A stretch of DNA of 62,989 nucleotides, counting the filler, from Octopus bimaculoides (Eukaryota): the NCBI RefSeq assembly GCF_001194135.2. It is 7 parts of 7 records of this genome, joined end to end, with 100 filler letters (N's around TTAATTAATTAA, not from the genome) between each part and the next. Parts side by side here need not be neighbours in the genome. Positions count along the whole stretch, not along the records: positions 25,030 to 48,483 come from NC_068994.1; positions 48,584 to 54,073 come from NC_068984.1; 5 more parts are not named here. One strand, written 5' to 3'. Below the pieces are notes generated by a model. That model was given only the letters and a program-made list of their open reading frames with translations, did no database searches and had not been told where the DNA came from. Positions 37,431-51,130 of this stretch are shown piece after piece. The first letter of the stretch is position 1, and the number at the start of each line of letters is the position of its first letter. The position numbers were made by a program, and so were the translations under genes.

Positions 37431-38929
37431 TTGAGATCATTGATGTGTCAATACAGGTGATGCTGGGTTTTACAAATGGGAGGGGGGGACACAAGATAAT
37501 ATAGTTGCTTTATACTTTAAAAAGACAGGATGGTCACATCTGGAATGGAGTTCCATCATAGGTGTACTCAATCAGAGTTGACATGGGGCTAAGCAACGAG
37601 GAAATCTCTATGCAGTTGCCCTGATGCTAGAAATAGTGGCCAAATTCTTCTCAAACTACACTCTAACTTAAACAGAACCCAAAATTAAACAAGGAACACT
37701 GAAGCCAAAAGAAGTTACTTACAAGCTAGAAAAAGCAGTCAAATTACAACATACCAGCTTCAAAAAAGGAAAAATTATATAACATAATCTGGGATGTATA
37801 TAGATGACGTCTTTCACTCCTCAAAAGCTGGATTGTCAAGCTGGGAATACTTTTGAGCATATCTGTTTGACCAGGAGCAACCTGGAGCTAAACAACGAGC
37901 CTGTATGTGTGGTCAGCCATCATGCTAAAAATAGTAGCCAAATCTTCAAATCCCATACCAGTCATGAAACATGGAAGGACACATTAGATAATGTAGTCCT
38001 AGATACACTCTAACAGGGATCAGATGGGCTTAAGCAAAAACTATTTACAAAGACCATATCTGGCCTGACCAGGTCAAACTACCCCCAATCCATAAGTTAC
38101 AGCAGCTATAACTTTCTCAAACTGACTAATATCGGACAGGGACAACTCTCAGCCCTCTCCCCCCTCTAATATTAATGAAATTATTTGTACACCCACCCCC
38201 ATTTTTTATCAAACAAAAGACATATCTTTTATCTCCCATTTGTTTCAATCATTTGACTGGGGCACCACCTCGTAAAGGTCTTTATTTAATTAAATTGATC
38301 CTAGGACTGAACTTCTTTTTCTTTCAAGTCTGAAAACACACCTGTGATGCCGGCACATATGCATTTACAAGGTGCCACCACAGATGCCTTTACATGGTGC
38401 CAACACAGGTACTTTTTATGATGGGCCTCTACCTAGTTTCTGTCTACCAAATTCACTCACAAAACAATGGTCAGCCCAGGGCTACAGAAGACACTTGGCC
38501 AAGGTGCTGTACATTGAGACTGAACCCAAACCCATGGGGATGCAAAGCAAGCTTCTTAACCACACAGCCATGCTCAGAGTTTGCATAAATATAATTCTTC
38601 TTTCTTTGCTAAGGACAAGCTTAAAACTATCTTAATTTCATTTTAATCCACACAGGCCACCTTTCATGAGAAATATTGGATTAACCTCCATCAAGGCAGA
38701 GCAGTTTTGTTAACCAACAGCCAAACAGAGGTTCTAACAAGTTATTAAGAACACAGTATGGTTAGGTTGTGATCACCCATGCCATCGAAGATTTGTTTTG
38801 TAATAGAAGCACTGGAGAGAAAAGGGATTACTTGGAGACAGTTTCTGCATGAAAAATATACAGGGGTGGCTCTGTGTGTGTGTGAGAGAGAGAGAGAGCC
38901 CAACTTCGTTTATACTCGGGCCAGAGTTG

Positions 38930-39260
38930 TATGTTTAGTACAGTAATGTCGTGGTCCTATCAACAGAACAGCCTGCTCGTGAAATTAACGTGCAAGTGGC
39001 TGAGCACTCCACACACACGTTGACCCTTAACGTAGCTCTCGGGGAGATTTAGCGTCACACAGAGAGTGACAGGGCTGGCCCTTTACAAGAAAGAGCGAGA
39101 GAAAGTTGTGGCGAAAGAGTACAGCAGGGTTCGCCCCCAGCCCCCATCGTGGAGCTTTAGGTGTTCTCACTTAATAAACACTCACAACGCCCGGTCTGGG
39201 AACCGAAACTGCGATCCTACGACCGCGAGTCCGCTGCCCTAACCACTGAGCCATTGCGCC
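38930..39260 (-). mobile_element. tRNA-derived SINE with a Nin/Deu-like central block
   Basis: Head GGCGCAATGGCTCAGTGGTTAGGG...GTTTCGGTTCCC. The central GAGTGCTCAGCCACTTGCACGTTAA resembles the Nin/Deu domain (from memory, not searched). Confidence 0.6.
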
Positions 39261-39412
39261 TCCACAGTACAGTAATACATCAACAAATGTAACGTAGAAC
39301 CAACGACGGTACCCCTGTGTAGCCATTCGTGATGCTAGAAAGAACAACCAAATCTCCCACAAATCATATTCCATCAACATAGAAAAAAAAAACAGCGTAT
39401 ACACATACACAC

Positions 39413-39449
<37 letters not shown>

Positions 39450-40520
39450 GTGGTTCTAGATTCCTTGCAAAACGGAAAAAAATGGGATAATCACAGGGCC
39501 GGAATGCTTTCGTCATGCCCCTGTTCAACCAGACCTGACCTAGGGCTAAACAACAGCGTTAGCACGAGGACTTTTGGCAAATGGTTAAATCACTTCAAAC
39601 TTCCGGAGAGTTATAGAGATATTTAACAGATGGCGGTCAATTGGATGCGGAAGGAATGCCGAGAAGACGGTCACTGGCCTTTCCCTCTACTTAACAATTA
39701 TTCCTAATTTAGGCACGAGCCTGCCGAGGTCAACTTTGCTTTTCATCCGTTCGAGGTCGATAAAATAAATACCAGTCAAGTATAGAAAGTTGATGTAATC
39801 GGTTTGATCTCTCCCCTCAAAATTGCTGGCCTTGTACCAAAATTAGAAAGGATTAAAGGCACAAGGTCAATAATTTTGAAAGGGAGGGGCTAATCGATAA
39901 CATCGACTCCAGTGCTTGACTGTTACTTTATTTTATCGATCTCAGGACGTAAAAAGCCGTATCAAATGCTGTTAAAGCATTTCGTAAGAGGACCTAACGA
40001 TTTTGCAAATCCACCGCCCCCACCCCTGCAAGTTGTTTTTAATATTAGGGGTACACAATATGAAATTCAAGGGAGGGGGGTTATCGATTACATCGACCCC
40101 AGTCCCAGTTTGGTACTTTATTTTACTGACCCCCGAAAGAATGAGAGGCAAAGCTGACCTCAGTGGGATTTGAACTTAGAACACCTTTCATAAAAGTAAT
40201 AACAGACTAAATTCCTCTCCCCTCTACACTCAAAAGAAATTGTTGTATGTCAGAAAAATGGCAAGTTACGGGCCAACTGGAGCACAGATATGATTGTCAT
40301 TTTCTTTCTTCTTTTTCGCTTTGAAAAAAACAAAACAAAACATGAACGACATTTTGTGAAAGCCTGATGTCACGCCAAGGTCGACTTTACTTTCCGTTTC
40401 TCCTGGGTCGATAAAATAAAGTACTAATTATGTACTGGACGAGATCATTCAAACGGCTTTACCAACCCCTCGCAGAAAACATTCAGAGTTTTGTGTTTAT
40501 GTTAGAAATTGGAATGCAAC

Positions 40521-40560
<40 letters not shown>

Positions 40561-40874
40561 TGTTGTTTTAGTTATGTCCATTTACATTCCGTGTTTAAAT
40601 CCTTCTGAGGTCAACTTTGCCTTTCATCCTTTAATTGACCAATCGATTGGCAATTGCAATCGACTGGTCGATTAATGTACCAATCAGGTATTGGGGTCGA
40701 TATAATCGATTAACTCCCTACCCACAAATTGCTGGCCTTATGTCTAGATTAAGCACAATTATTAATTATTATTATTATTGAGTGAGAATTTCGACATTTT
40801 TCGAGGGATGGGGGACACATCATTCTTTCCCCAAAATTTCGTCTGTACATGTCAGAACCCACCGTCACCAACAT

Positions 40875-40910
<36 letters not shown>

Positions 40911-42512
40911 ACAGGGTGGTAAATTGGCAGAATCGATAGAGCATCGGAAAACATGCCAAGCGGTGTTTGTTTTAGCTCTTTACATTCTGAGTTCAAATCT
41001 TACCGGGGTCAGCTTTGTCTTTGGTCTCTTCAGAATCAGTCCTGGGCTGATATAGCGATGGAATCGACTAACCTCCTCCCATTAGAATTGCCGGACTGGG
41101 GCCTCATTACTATTATAGAACCGGAATACTATTTAATTATGCTCTATTCTATCCAGGGTTGCTAAAATGAAGTACCAGTTGAGCATTGAGGTCACACAAA
41201 ACGAGTACCCAGCTAGAAAGTGTTGTTATTATTATGAAGGTGGTAGTAGGGGTGTCCGGCAATAGTTTTGTCCCCGTTGAATCGTCCCCCGTTCCAAAAC
41301 TAAGTTCTTTGTGGATGAACGGGCCAAATCGAGACGAGTGAAATTTGAGGAACCTTTAACTGGTTGCTAAAAACGGCAGCCAAATCTCCCTCAACAGCAC
41401 ATCCTTAACGTCTTTAAAAAATAAGAGTGGTACATAGAGACTCATAGAAAAATGGAAACCATGGGAAAAACTATGTTTAAGGAAAAAAAAAAAAAATTTC
41501 ACGGCTGGAATATCGGATCATACATACAGAGCCGTCCTGGGGTTGAATAACAACACTACGGCTTTGCGAAGGGGATACGGTCATTTGAGTTGCTAGAACC
41601 AGTAGCCAATTTTGCACTAAACTACACTCTTAAAGATATAAAGTTGTTCACGGTATACAAAAAGACGGGATGGTCACGGCTGGAAGGGTTTGTTCTTCGT
41701 TCTACTGGATCAGAGCTGACATGAGGCTCATTAACAGCACTCAGCAATTTATTATAGAAAATCTAATACTCTACTGTCTCAACGAAAAAAAAAAATTCAT
41801 TCCTGACAAAATTGCGAAGGAGGTGGCGATGGATACAGTTGACTGAATCGATAAAGTAAATGATTGGTTTTATCGATGATGGAGGGACGAAAGGTATAAT
41901 CGATCAGCATATTGGGAAAAAAAACCCAGCCTATAACTGTTCGAATCTTGATGGTGTCAGCGTAAAGGAAAAGAGGCACTCAAACATGAGTGGAGGGTAG
42001 GGTAAGAGTGGAGTGAGGTGCACTGACTTACGGCACAAACACCACCTCCCACCACTACCACCAACTTCCAGTGAGATAATTCCTTTCCTTCCCACCTCCC
42101 ACTCCCCTACTTCATGTTTGATAGCTACCACCGCCTCCCACCGCCACGCAACCTCTTGTTTGATATTGCTTTCCTCCCCCCCACTATCCCCACATCTTCT
42201 CAAACGTTAACTCGCCTCTCCCCACCCCTCCACCGACCTCCTATGATGGCTCACCTCCTCCCCCCCCTTCACTTCAAAAGAGATAGCCTCCTCCTCCTCC
42301 CTCACTACCACCACCACCCTTACAACAATAGCTATGATGATTAATAACATAGTTAAAGGGGGGAGGGGGAGAGAAGCAGTGATTTTGTGATGTTCATGCA
42401 TTTTCGTACAATGTTTAGTTACTTTAATTTAGATGTGTGTGAAAAAGAGAGAAATCTACTTTCCGAGTTCAGTTTAGGGCCGATGATTTAGTTTCGTGCA
42501 GAAGTCATGAGC

Positions 42513-42547
<35 letters not shown>

Positions 42548-43320
42548 TGCGTTGTACTTTCGGATGGTTATTTTGCCAATAAATCATATAGAATTTTATA
42601 TATGTGTGTGTGTGTGTGTATTTCCCAGTGTTGTTCTACAAAAATACTTTACATATAAGAAAAATAAAGATAATTCAAACATCGGAAAATATCGAAAAAA
42701 GGGGGTAAATTTAGGGAGATGTGAAGAAGACATTTATAGGAGCCAAACGAACCAACAGCGAGATCGTAAGAAACGAAATAAGTCTTGGTAAATAATACAG
42801 AAGGGAAGAGGGGGTGCACTGAGTACGGTACGTGTACTCAGTGATGTGTGTATGTGTGTGTATGGCATATTACGAGAAGTGTGGGTGTGTATGCGAACGT
42901 GTTTGTGTAGATATATGTATATAAACGGTGTTAAGTGTGCGCGAATGCCTGAGTGTACGTGTGGGTGTGTACGTAAGCTGAGTGTATGAATGTCTAAGAG
43001 AACGGGAGGGTGTTACATGAGGTTTGTATATATATATGTGTGTGTGTGTGTGTGGATGGGGGGAGGGTAGCAACAACAGTAAAACTCGGGAGAACATTGA
43101 AAAAAATAATCATCTCAATATAAATACGACGATCCAAAGTTGGAAGGGTCGTTACACCCCCTCCACATCTCACACGTACCAAAAAAAAAAAAAATTCTAA
43201 TAGATTTAAGTGGGAGGATATATATAGATAAATAAATATATATACATATATATATAAATCAGTGTCCCTTGCACAAGTATTGCTGCACTTTTCTGCATCC
43301 AACAAATATGCACAGCACTT

Positions 43321-43330
43321 ACCTTTCACA
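43321..43330 (-). promoter_or_regulatory. Candidate splice donor of an upstream 5' UTR exon of the zinc-finger gene
   Basis: Minus strand GTGAAAG|GTAAGTG is a perfect consensus donor (exon ends at 43323) in a non-repetitive, CpG-containing region. The link to the gene is inferred. Confidence 0.35.
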
Positions 43331-43705
43331 GTGTGAGCCCAGCAAATTGGAACCAATCGAGAATATTTTTGGAAACAAACCTTCAGGCACAGAAATTTTT
43401 TTTTCGACCGCGGGACAATGAAGGCGGTGTAGTAAAGTCACTAGTCCCTTCTCACATAAACGCAATATTGTTGTTTTTTTTTTCTGTTAATACCTCTCAG
43501 TTCTATGTCGTTTTAAAACGTGATTTCTCCTTAGCATGTTTGTTTTTTAAATCATTACTTTCCTCTAAATTAACAGCACGGTTTTCAACTGTTAATTATT
43601 CTCAATGTTTCTGTCCTTGTTTTCGTTTGTGTGTGTGAATTATTTCTTTTAATAAACTGAAATCTCTGTGAAACTGGGCTAAAATCTTTACACGGCATCG
43701 CTTAC

Positions 43706-43778
43706 CTCCCCTTTGTTTATATGCCCTCCCCATCTTGCCTTTGGCAATTGACTCATCACAACTTAGTAGTGCAGCCAA
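43706..43778 (-). other. Candidate 73-nt non-coding exon
   Basis: Acceptor TTTATTTTCCAG| at 43779 and donor GAG|GTAAGC at 43705, both strong. Confidence 0.4.
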
Positions 43779-44585
43779 CTGGAAAATAAATCTGTCGTAT
43801 CGAGTTCGAATACGACCGAAGCCGAAATTTTTTTTTTTTATTTCATTCTTTCTTTTTTTTTTTGCAATCACTTCTTTCTGAAGTCAAATGATTGGATATC
43901 TATCTGTTTTCGTTTCTAAATTATCTTTTAAAAATAAATAATAACAGATAATTTCTCCCGTCCTACATGCCTATCGTTATAGCAGTTAAACCCCTCTCGC
44001 TGATGATATATACCCCAACTGTCTTTTAAAAAAAAGAGTTTAAGAGGGTGAATGACGTCTTGGATATTTTAGTCCCTGATGAACTAACTGTACCTGAAAA
44101 GACGCGATGGCCATTGGTGGAACGTCTTCGATCCTAAGTCTTACTCGATCAAGTTTGACCAGGAGTTAGACAACTCCGTCTTAGCAGTATTTTCAATGGT
44201 TATTTTCATACAGGATAATTGTTATTACTCATTTAATATAAATGTTTACGTTCTCGTTGCAGTCACATGGAGACGAGCCAACGAGCAACTTCTACGTGGT
44301 CACTCCATATGCTAGACATAGCAGCCAAATATCACTCGAGTTCCACTCTACTATCTTTAAAAGGGAGGAGACGTTAAACGATGCTATCCTAGTTACACTA
44401 TGGGGAGTGGGGGGAAAGAAACCGGATGATTACTCGATCAGACCTTACACGGGCCCCATCAAGTAATCATGTATTTCTGTATATGTGTGTATGTATGCAT
44501 GCATGCATGTATTAATAAATACACTTCACAATGCCCACACCCATACAATTCGTCGTTATATGTATATGTATGTGCATGTATATGC

Positions 44586-44634
<49 letters not shown>

Positions 44635-45377
44635 TAGATGCCTATGTATATGTATATATACACACATATATATTCTTCGGAATTGATTAAACTTTTCACT
44701 AGACTTTATTTCCAGGTGGAGTAAGCCCAATAACAGTATATTTCGTTTAAGATGGCCCTAAAACTGGAGAAAAATAATGATAGAGAAAAGAGAAAACGTC
44801 CCGAATGGCGATGATGATGGAGATGATTGTGACGATGACGATGGTGATTATGGTGACGATGATGATAATGACGATGAGTCAAAACCCAATGAAATATTGT
44901 TTAACTTTGCGTTCTACCTTTTTTTTTTTTTAATTATATCATTACTTCTCGTCGTCTAATATAAACTACTCATAACCCCCCGCAAAATTATATGTCTGTC
45001 TAATTATCTTATTTGTCATCATTATCTATCTCTGTGTTATCTCTTCCATCTAACTTATCATCCATTCCGTCTGTCTAATTATCTCTCAGTCTATCTGCCT
45101 ATCTATCTAACTCTCCCCCTCTCCCTCCCAATCGCTCTTTGTCCCTCCCTCCCAATCTCTCTCTCTCTACCGATCCCATTGAAATGACTAACTACGGGAA
45201 ACATCAAACGTTCTTCTTTTTCTTCTTTATCTTCTTCCTCCTTCTTCTTCCTTCCTACCTATTTCTTAACCTTCCTCTTTTTATCTTTATGTTCATAATG
45301 ATTATGATCATCATCGTCTTCATTTTTCGTTTCTTCCACATCTATTTGCCCCTGTGGCAAAAAAATCATCATCATCA

Positions 45378-45420
<43 letters not shown>

Positions 45421-46136
45421 GATCATATTATTTATGTCATCATCATCATCATCATCATAAGACTAAAAATATAACCTAGATAATAAATAATAAATGTTAT
45501 TATCATTATCTAGGTTATATTTCTTACAATATATTTTTCACAATGTCGCTAACATGTAAATATTGTGTTCAACAATCCGAGTAAATATTTCACTTTCTCA
45601 TTCATACGCATTAATGTTTCTGTGTGTGTCTGTATACGTGAATATGTGTATATATGTATGCTTGTATTTGTGTGTCTGTGCGAGGGAGAAAACTTCCACT
45701 CAGCTTTCTATGAGATTTCCCTCAAACATTATTCATCTCCTTACGGAACAGCCTCTCTCCCCCCCCCCCACTACATCTCTTATCATACTTTCACTAAACG
45801 ACTGTACGGAAGTGAAACGTGGAGAACGGCGGGGGGGGGCACAGAATGTGTATGTGAGGGGGTGAGATGAGGCTGGATAAAACGGCAGAATGAGAACTCA
45901 ATAGGAAAAGCCGAGCATATCTCTTGTATATTATCTGAGCTTACTACAATAGTGACGCGAGGACCTGCAGTTTCGTGAAGAACATTAGCTACTTAGTTCA
46001 GTAAACAAGATATGCGTGTGTGTGTGTGTGTGTATGCATACATATATATATATATACATATATGTATGGTGCAAAACTCTGAGTTGGGAGGGAGTGAATC
46101 ATCAGCTGTTTCCAAATAAACAAACTCTACTACATG

Positions 46137-46177
<41 letters not shown>

Positions 46178-46203
46178 TAACATATTGCACATATATGTAT
46201 GTG

Positions 46204-46240
<37 letters not shown>

Positions 46241-48174
46241 ACACATATATATATATATATATACATACATACACACAGAAAGAAAGAGAGGAAAGGAATT
46301 AGAATGCGAAACAGATAAGAGGGGAAGAAGGGGGGCATCAGCTATCTCACTTCACATTTCTCTCTACACTCACACATACACACATATAAGCATACATACA
46401 TGTATACGTACATGTGTATGTATGTATGTATGTATGTAACTATGAAAGAGAGAGAGAGTCGGTGAGAGAAAGTGTGCAGGAGACATCTTCAGAGACAAAT
46501 GAAGAAAGAGGGTGAGGTGAATGAGGGGTCTTAACGAAAGCTCCATATTTTTTTCATTTATTTATTGTTGGAACCGACAGGAGAACCAATAAAAGTACAC
46601 CGTATTTTTTTTCTGTCTCCGGTACCACCACCACAACCACCACCACCACCACAACCACCACCGCTATTATCACCAATCAAACGTGATCGCTCGATTTGCT
46701 AGAGACGGCAGCCAAGTTTCCTCCAAATCACTCACTACACATTTAAAAAAATTAAGAACACAAAAAATATATGTATATACATTATGAGTATGTGGCGTGT
46801 ATGTGTATATATATATATTACACACACTATATCTATGTGGACACACACACACACACACACCACGCCACCACCACTATCACTCTACTTCACCCATACCACG
46901 ATCTCCTCCACCACCACCACTATAACCATCAGGACTCCCACCTCCACCACCATCATCACCCTCCTCCTCCTTCGTCGTCCCATCTCCAGCTCACGTGCGA
47001 CCGTCTGTCTCAATAAGCACAAACATGGTTTAAATGTTTCAAATAGTTATACTTAACAATCACCTCCTCCTTCTCCTCTTCTTTATCGTCTCTCGTCACC
47101 TCCTCCTCCGCCTCCACTTTCGCGTTTATTTCTTCACCTCTTACTATTACTTGTCTTTCGTATAGTGTTTCCCCCTCATCCTTTCATTTAATCTATCTCT
47201 TCCTCTTACCCAACCACCACTAATCTCCCCCCCCCTTTTTTTTCTCTGTCTCTCTCTCTCACTATCATATATCTATCACTTTTAAGTCCCGCTTAATGAG
47301 TTGACGATCTGTATTTTTAATTAGTCCTGCTGCCTCTCCGAAGACTGGGTTTGGGGATATTCGCCTGTTCCAAATAACTGACTTAACATTTTAAAGAACT
47401 CCTACGCGATCGTTCGACTAGTAAGACATAGCAGCTAAATCTCTCTCAAACACANNNNNNNNNNNNNNNNNNNNNNNNNNNNNNNNNNNNNNNNNNNNNN
47501 NNNNNNNNNNNNNNNNNNNNNNNNNNNNNNNNNNNNNNNNNNNNNNNNNNNNNNNNNNNNNNNNNNNNNNNNNNNNNNNNNNNNNNNNNNNNNNNNNNNN
47601 NNNNNNNNNNNNNNNNNNNNNNNNNNNNNNNNNNNNNNNNNNNNNNNNNNNNNNNNNNNNNNNNNNNNNNNNNNNNNNNNNNNNNNNNNNNNNNNNNNNN
47701 NNNNNNNNNNNNNNNNNNNNNNNNNNNNNNNNNNNNNNNNNNNNNNNNNNNNNNNNNNNNNNNNNNNNNNNNNNNNNNNNNNNNNNNNNNNNNNNNNNNN
47801 NNNNNNNNNNNNNNNNNNNNNNNNNNNNNNNNNNNNNNNNNNNNNNNNNNNNNNNNNNNNNNNNNNNNNNNNNNNNNNNNNNNNNNNNNNNNNNNNNNNN
47901 NNNNNNNNNNNNNNNNNNNNNNNNNNNNNNNNNNNNNNNNNNNNNNNNNNNNNNNNNNNNNNNNNNNNNNNNNNNNNNNNNNNNNNNNNNNNNNNNNNNN
48001 NNNNNNNNNNNNNNNNNNNNNNNNNNNNNNNNNNNNNNNNNNNNNNNNNNNNNNNNNNNNNNNNNNNNNNNNNNNNNNNNNNNNNNNNNNNNNNNNNNNN
48101 NNNNNNNNNNNNNNNNNNNNNNNNNNNNNNNNNNNNNNNNNNNNNNNNNNNNNNNNNNNNNNNNNNNNNNNNNN

Positions 48175-48483
48175 ATGGAACAGTTATTTGATGTTGAATT
48201 TGAAGAGTTTGAATAAATGTTTTTGCTTTTGCTTTTGTAACTGATAGTGATAAATATGTAAAGACAATTTACTTAATATTTATTTTTCACTGACGTTATT
48301 ACTGTTATTTCTTTATTTTCTGCCAACAAAGTGCACAAAGAAGCTTACACGTTTGCATTGTTATATATACAATAATAATAAAGGACGTTACCGTATATAT
48401 GTTTACAAACCAAGGACGTTATATAGACCTCCTTGATTCAAGTTAAAGAATGGGTGCGTATTATACACAAGGTTTAGGTTTTT
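48175..48483 (+). mobile_element. Possible pogo/Tc2-like DNA transposon 3' end
   Basis: EQLFDVEFEEF* acidic C-terminus-like peptide followed by GGGTGCGTATTATACAC subterminal-like sequence; bounded by gaps. Confidence 0.4.
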
Positions 48484-49889
48484 NNNNNNNNNNNNNNNNN
48501 NNNNNNNNNNNNNNNNNNNNNNNNNNNTTAATTAATTAANNNNNNNNNNNNNNNNNNNNNNNNNNNNNNNNNNNNNNNNNNNNATATATATATATATATA
48601 AGCCCTTCCCTTCGCACCCTTTCGCCTTTGCACTATTTTAGTTTTTGGGTTTCTTTCTACACCCACTCTCTCCTTCTCTTTCGCATTTGCGACCTTTTCC
48701 CTCCCTTCTGTCTGAGCGCTGATGTCACGTGTCCCAAATTGCCTCCTACAAAGAGTTTTTTTTACTGCACAAAACTAGTCATGCTGATGGAAACAGTTCC
48801 TTTGTGACATATTAAACATCCTCAAATATCTCTTCAACGAAACCTTAACAAACAGTACAAAACATTTCTCTCTGCTCCTGTCACATAGCTATTAAGACGA
48901 TTAAATCGGATGATTTAATAATTTTACTTCAATGATTTAATCTCATTCTAACAAAACATAACAGGCGTTCCAGCTATAATGTATCCGTCTTTTAAATGAC
49001 AGTACGGAAACTTAGCTACTATTTGTAGCAGGTTGAGAGATGCATACGCATGTTGTCATTGTTAGCTAGTCAGCTAGTTTGTGGCGGCGCTGAGTTCAGT
49101 AATTCTTTCAATCGTATAAACATTTTTCTAATAGTATACCCTCGGCGAGTCTCACTAATCGAGCCCATTTTCCCGCCTGGTCTACTTACGATGAGTTAAA
49201 CATAATAAATACTGATTTCAAATTTTTGGCTCAACGCCAGCAATTTTAACAGAAGGGGTAAGTCGGTTACATCGACACCAGTGCTCAACTGGTTCTTATT
49301 TTATTGACTACAAAGAGATGGAAGGCAAAGTCGGCTTCGGCGCATTTTGAACTCAGAACATGAAGACGGATGAAACGCCGCTAAGCTCGCTGCCTTGAGA
49401 GTTAAACATAATATTGCACGCTACATGTACTTGTCATTTTCCCGGAACCTTTTATTCCAAAAACTTTCCAGGTTACTAAATTTTCCGAACCAGAGAATTC
49501 TACATTAAACAAATATTAAATTTACTTAGATAATTATATGAAATACAAGGACCTGTATATTAGTGTAAATTAATACGGATTATACGCGGTTCCAGGTCAT
49601 CAGTGTCTTGAAAGTTGGTGTATCTATACTCACCACAAACATCTCTATTTACTTGGGTGACTTTTACTTATAGTATATGTTTATTGGGAGATCTTCACAG
49701 CATTCGAACTGTCGACTGTTTGAGCGTTTGAACAACTCCATGCCCACTCAATCAGATAGAACTTTCAAATTGAGAATCCAATTAAAATGGGAAAATAAAA
49801 CCATGACGCAAAAAAGGGGAGAAAAAAATTGAATGCTTTCAGGATGTTCAGGAAAAAGTCTGGAAACCAAGAAAACGGATTATGAGAGT

Positions 49890-50040
49890 CTGCATCATCA
49901 CTTTTGTTATCAGTATTGTTTGAAAACCAAGTGGTATTGAGTGCGTTGAAGTCTCCTCCCAATGATGGTCTTTGCAGGAGTATTTGAGTAATTTAACTGG
50001 TAGTTACAGTTACACCTGGTGGGATGATTCGTGAGATCCG
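49890..50040 (-). mobile_element. LINE apurinic-endonuclease domain fragment
   Basis: TII/GGDFNALNTTWFS across a frameshift matches the APE motif GDFNAH...W. Confidence 0.55.
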
Positions 50041-50061
50041 TGGTGATATATATATATAGAT

Positions 50062-50096
<35 letters not shown>

Positions 50097-51130
50097 CATA
50101 CATACATGCATGCATACATACATACATATATGATGCTGGAGCACCGCCTTTAGTCGAGTAAATCGACCCCAGGGCTTATTTTTTGTAAACCTAGTACTTA
50201 TTCTATCGGTATCTTTTGCCGAACCGCTAAGTTACAGGGACGTAAACACACCAACATCGGTTGTCAAGCGATGGTGGGGGGACAAGCACAGACACAAAAT
50301 AACAAACACACACACACACATGCACACCCATGTATATATATATATATATATATATNNNNNNNNNNNNNNNNNNNNNNNNNNNNNNNNNNNNNNNNNNNNN
50401 NNNNNNNNNNNNNNNNNNNNNNNNNNNNNNNNNNNNNNNNNNNNNNNNNNNNNNNNNNNNNNNNNNNNNNNNNNNNNNNNNNNNNNNNNNNNNNNNNNNN
50501 NNNNNNNNNNNNNNNNNNNNNNNNNNNNNNNNNNNNNNNNNNNNNNNNNNAAAGGAAAAGTTACTAAACTAATCCAGACATTGATCAATCCACAACTAAC
50601 TGAAATAATTCTAACGTTAACTCTATATTATGCAGACAGATTAACTTCTGGAAACTTGCACTTTCTTTTACACTGATTTTCATTTTTTGGATGAACCATT
50701 GATCAGAACTACCGATGCAAAAATAATTAATGATTGTATTATAAGGGAAAAGAATAAAACCTTTTAACGAGAACCATGTGTCTGGTGCGATGCAGCTAGT
50801 GTAGATACATTCGGTTTCAAACTTGTCGACTTTAGCCGCAAGTTTCCTCGTTGTGTCCCATCCAGTCCAATTCTTTTATGGGAAAGTAAAGTTCCAACAT
50901 GGTTAAAACCAGATCCAACCAGGTATCAGGAAGGGAAGGCAAGCAAAAGTAACTTCAGATGCTTCCACAGATTGGGGTAGGAATTCAATATACTCTGATG
51001 GTACCACAAACCTTTTTTTACCATTACGACGATATCGCATTGTGGCGTCATTGTCATTTTGTAACTCTATCAGTTCCTCCTGAACGTCATCCTCGCAATC
51101 GACTACATCGAACTCAAATGGATTGCTATA

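Noticed and set aside
49575-49610. Minus-strand CUGAUGA-CCUG-GAAC-CGCGU
   Set aside because: GAAA incomplete, no stem I or stem II.
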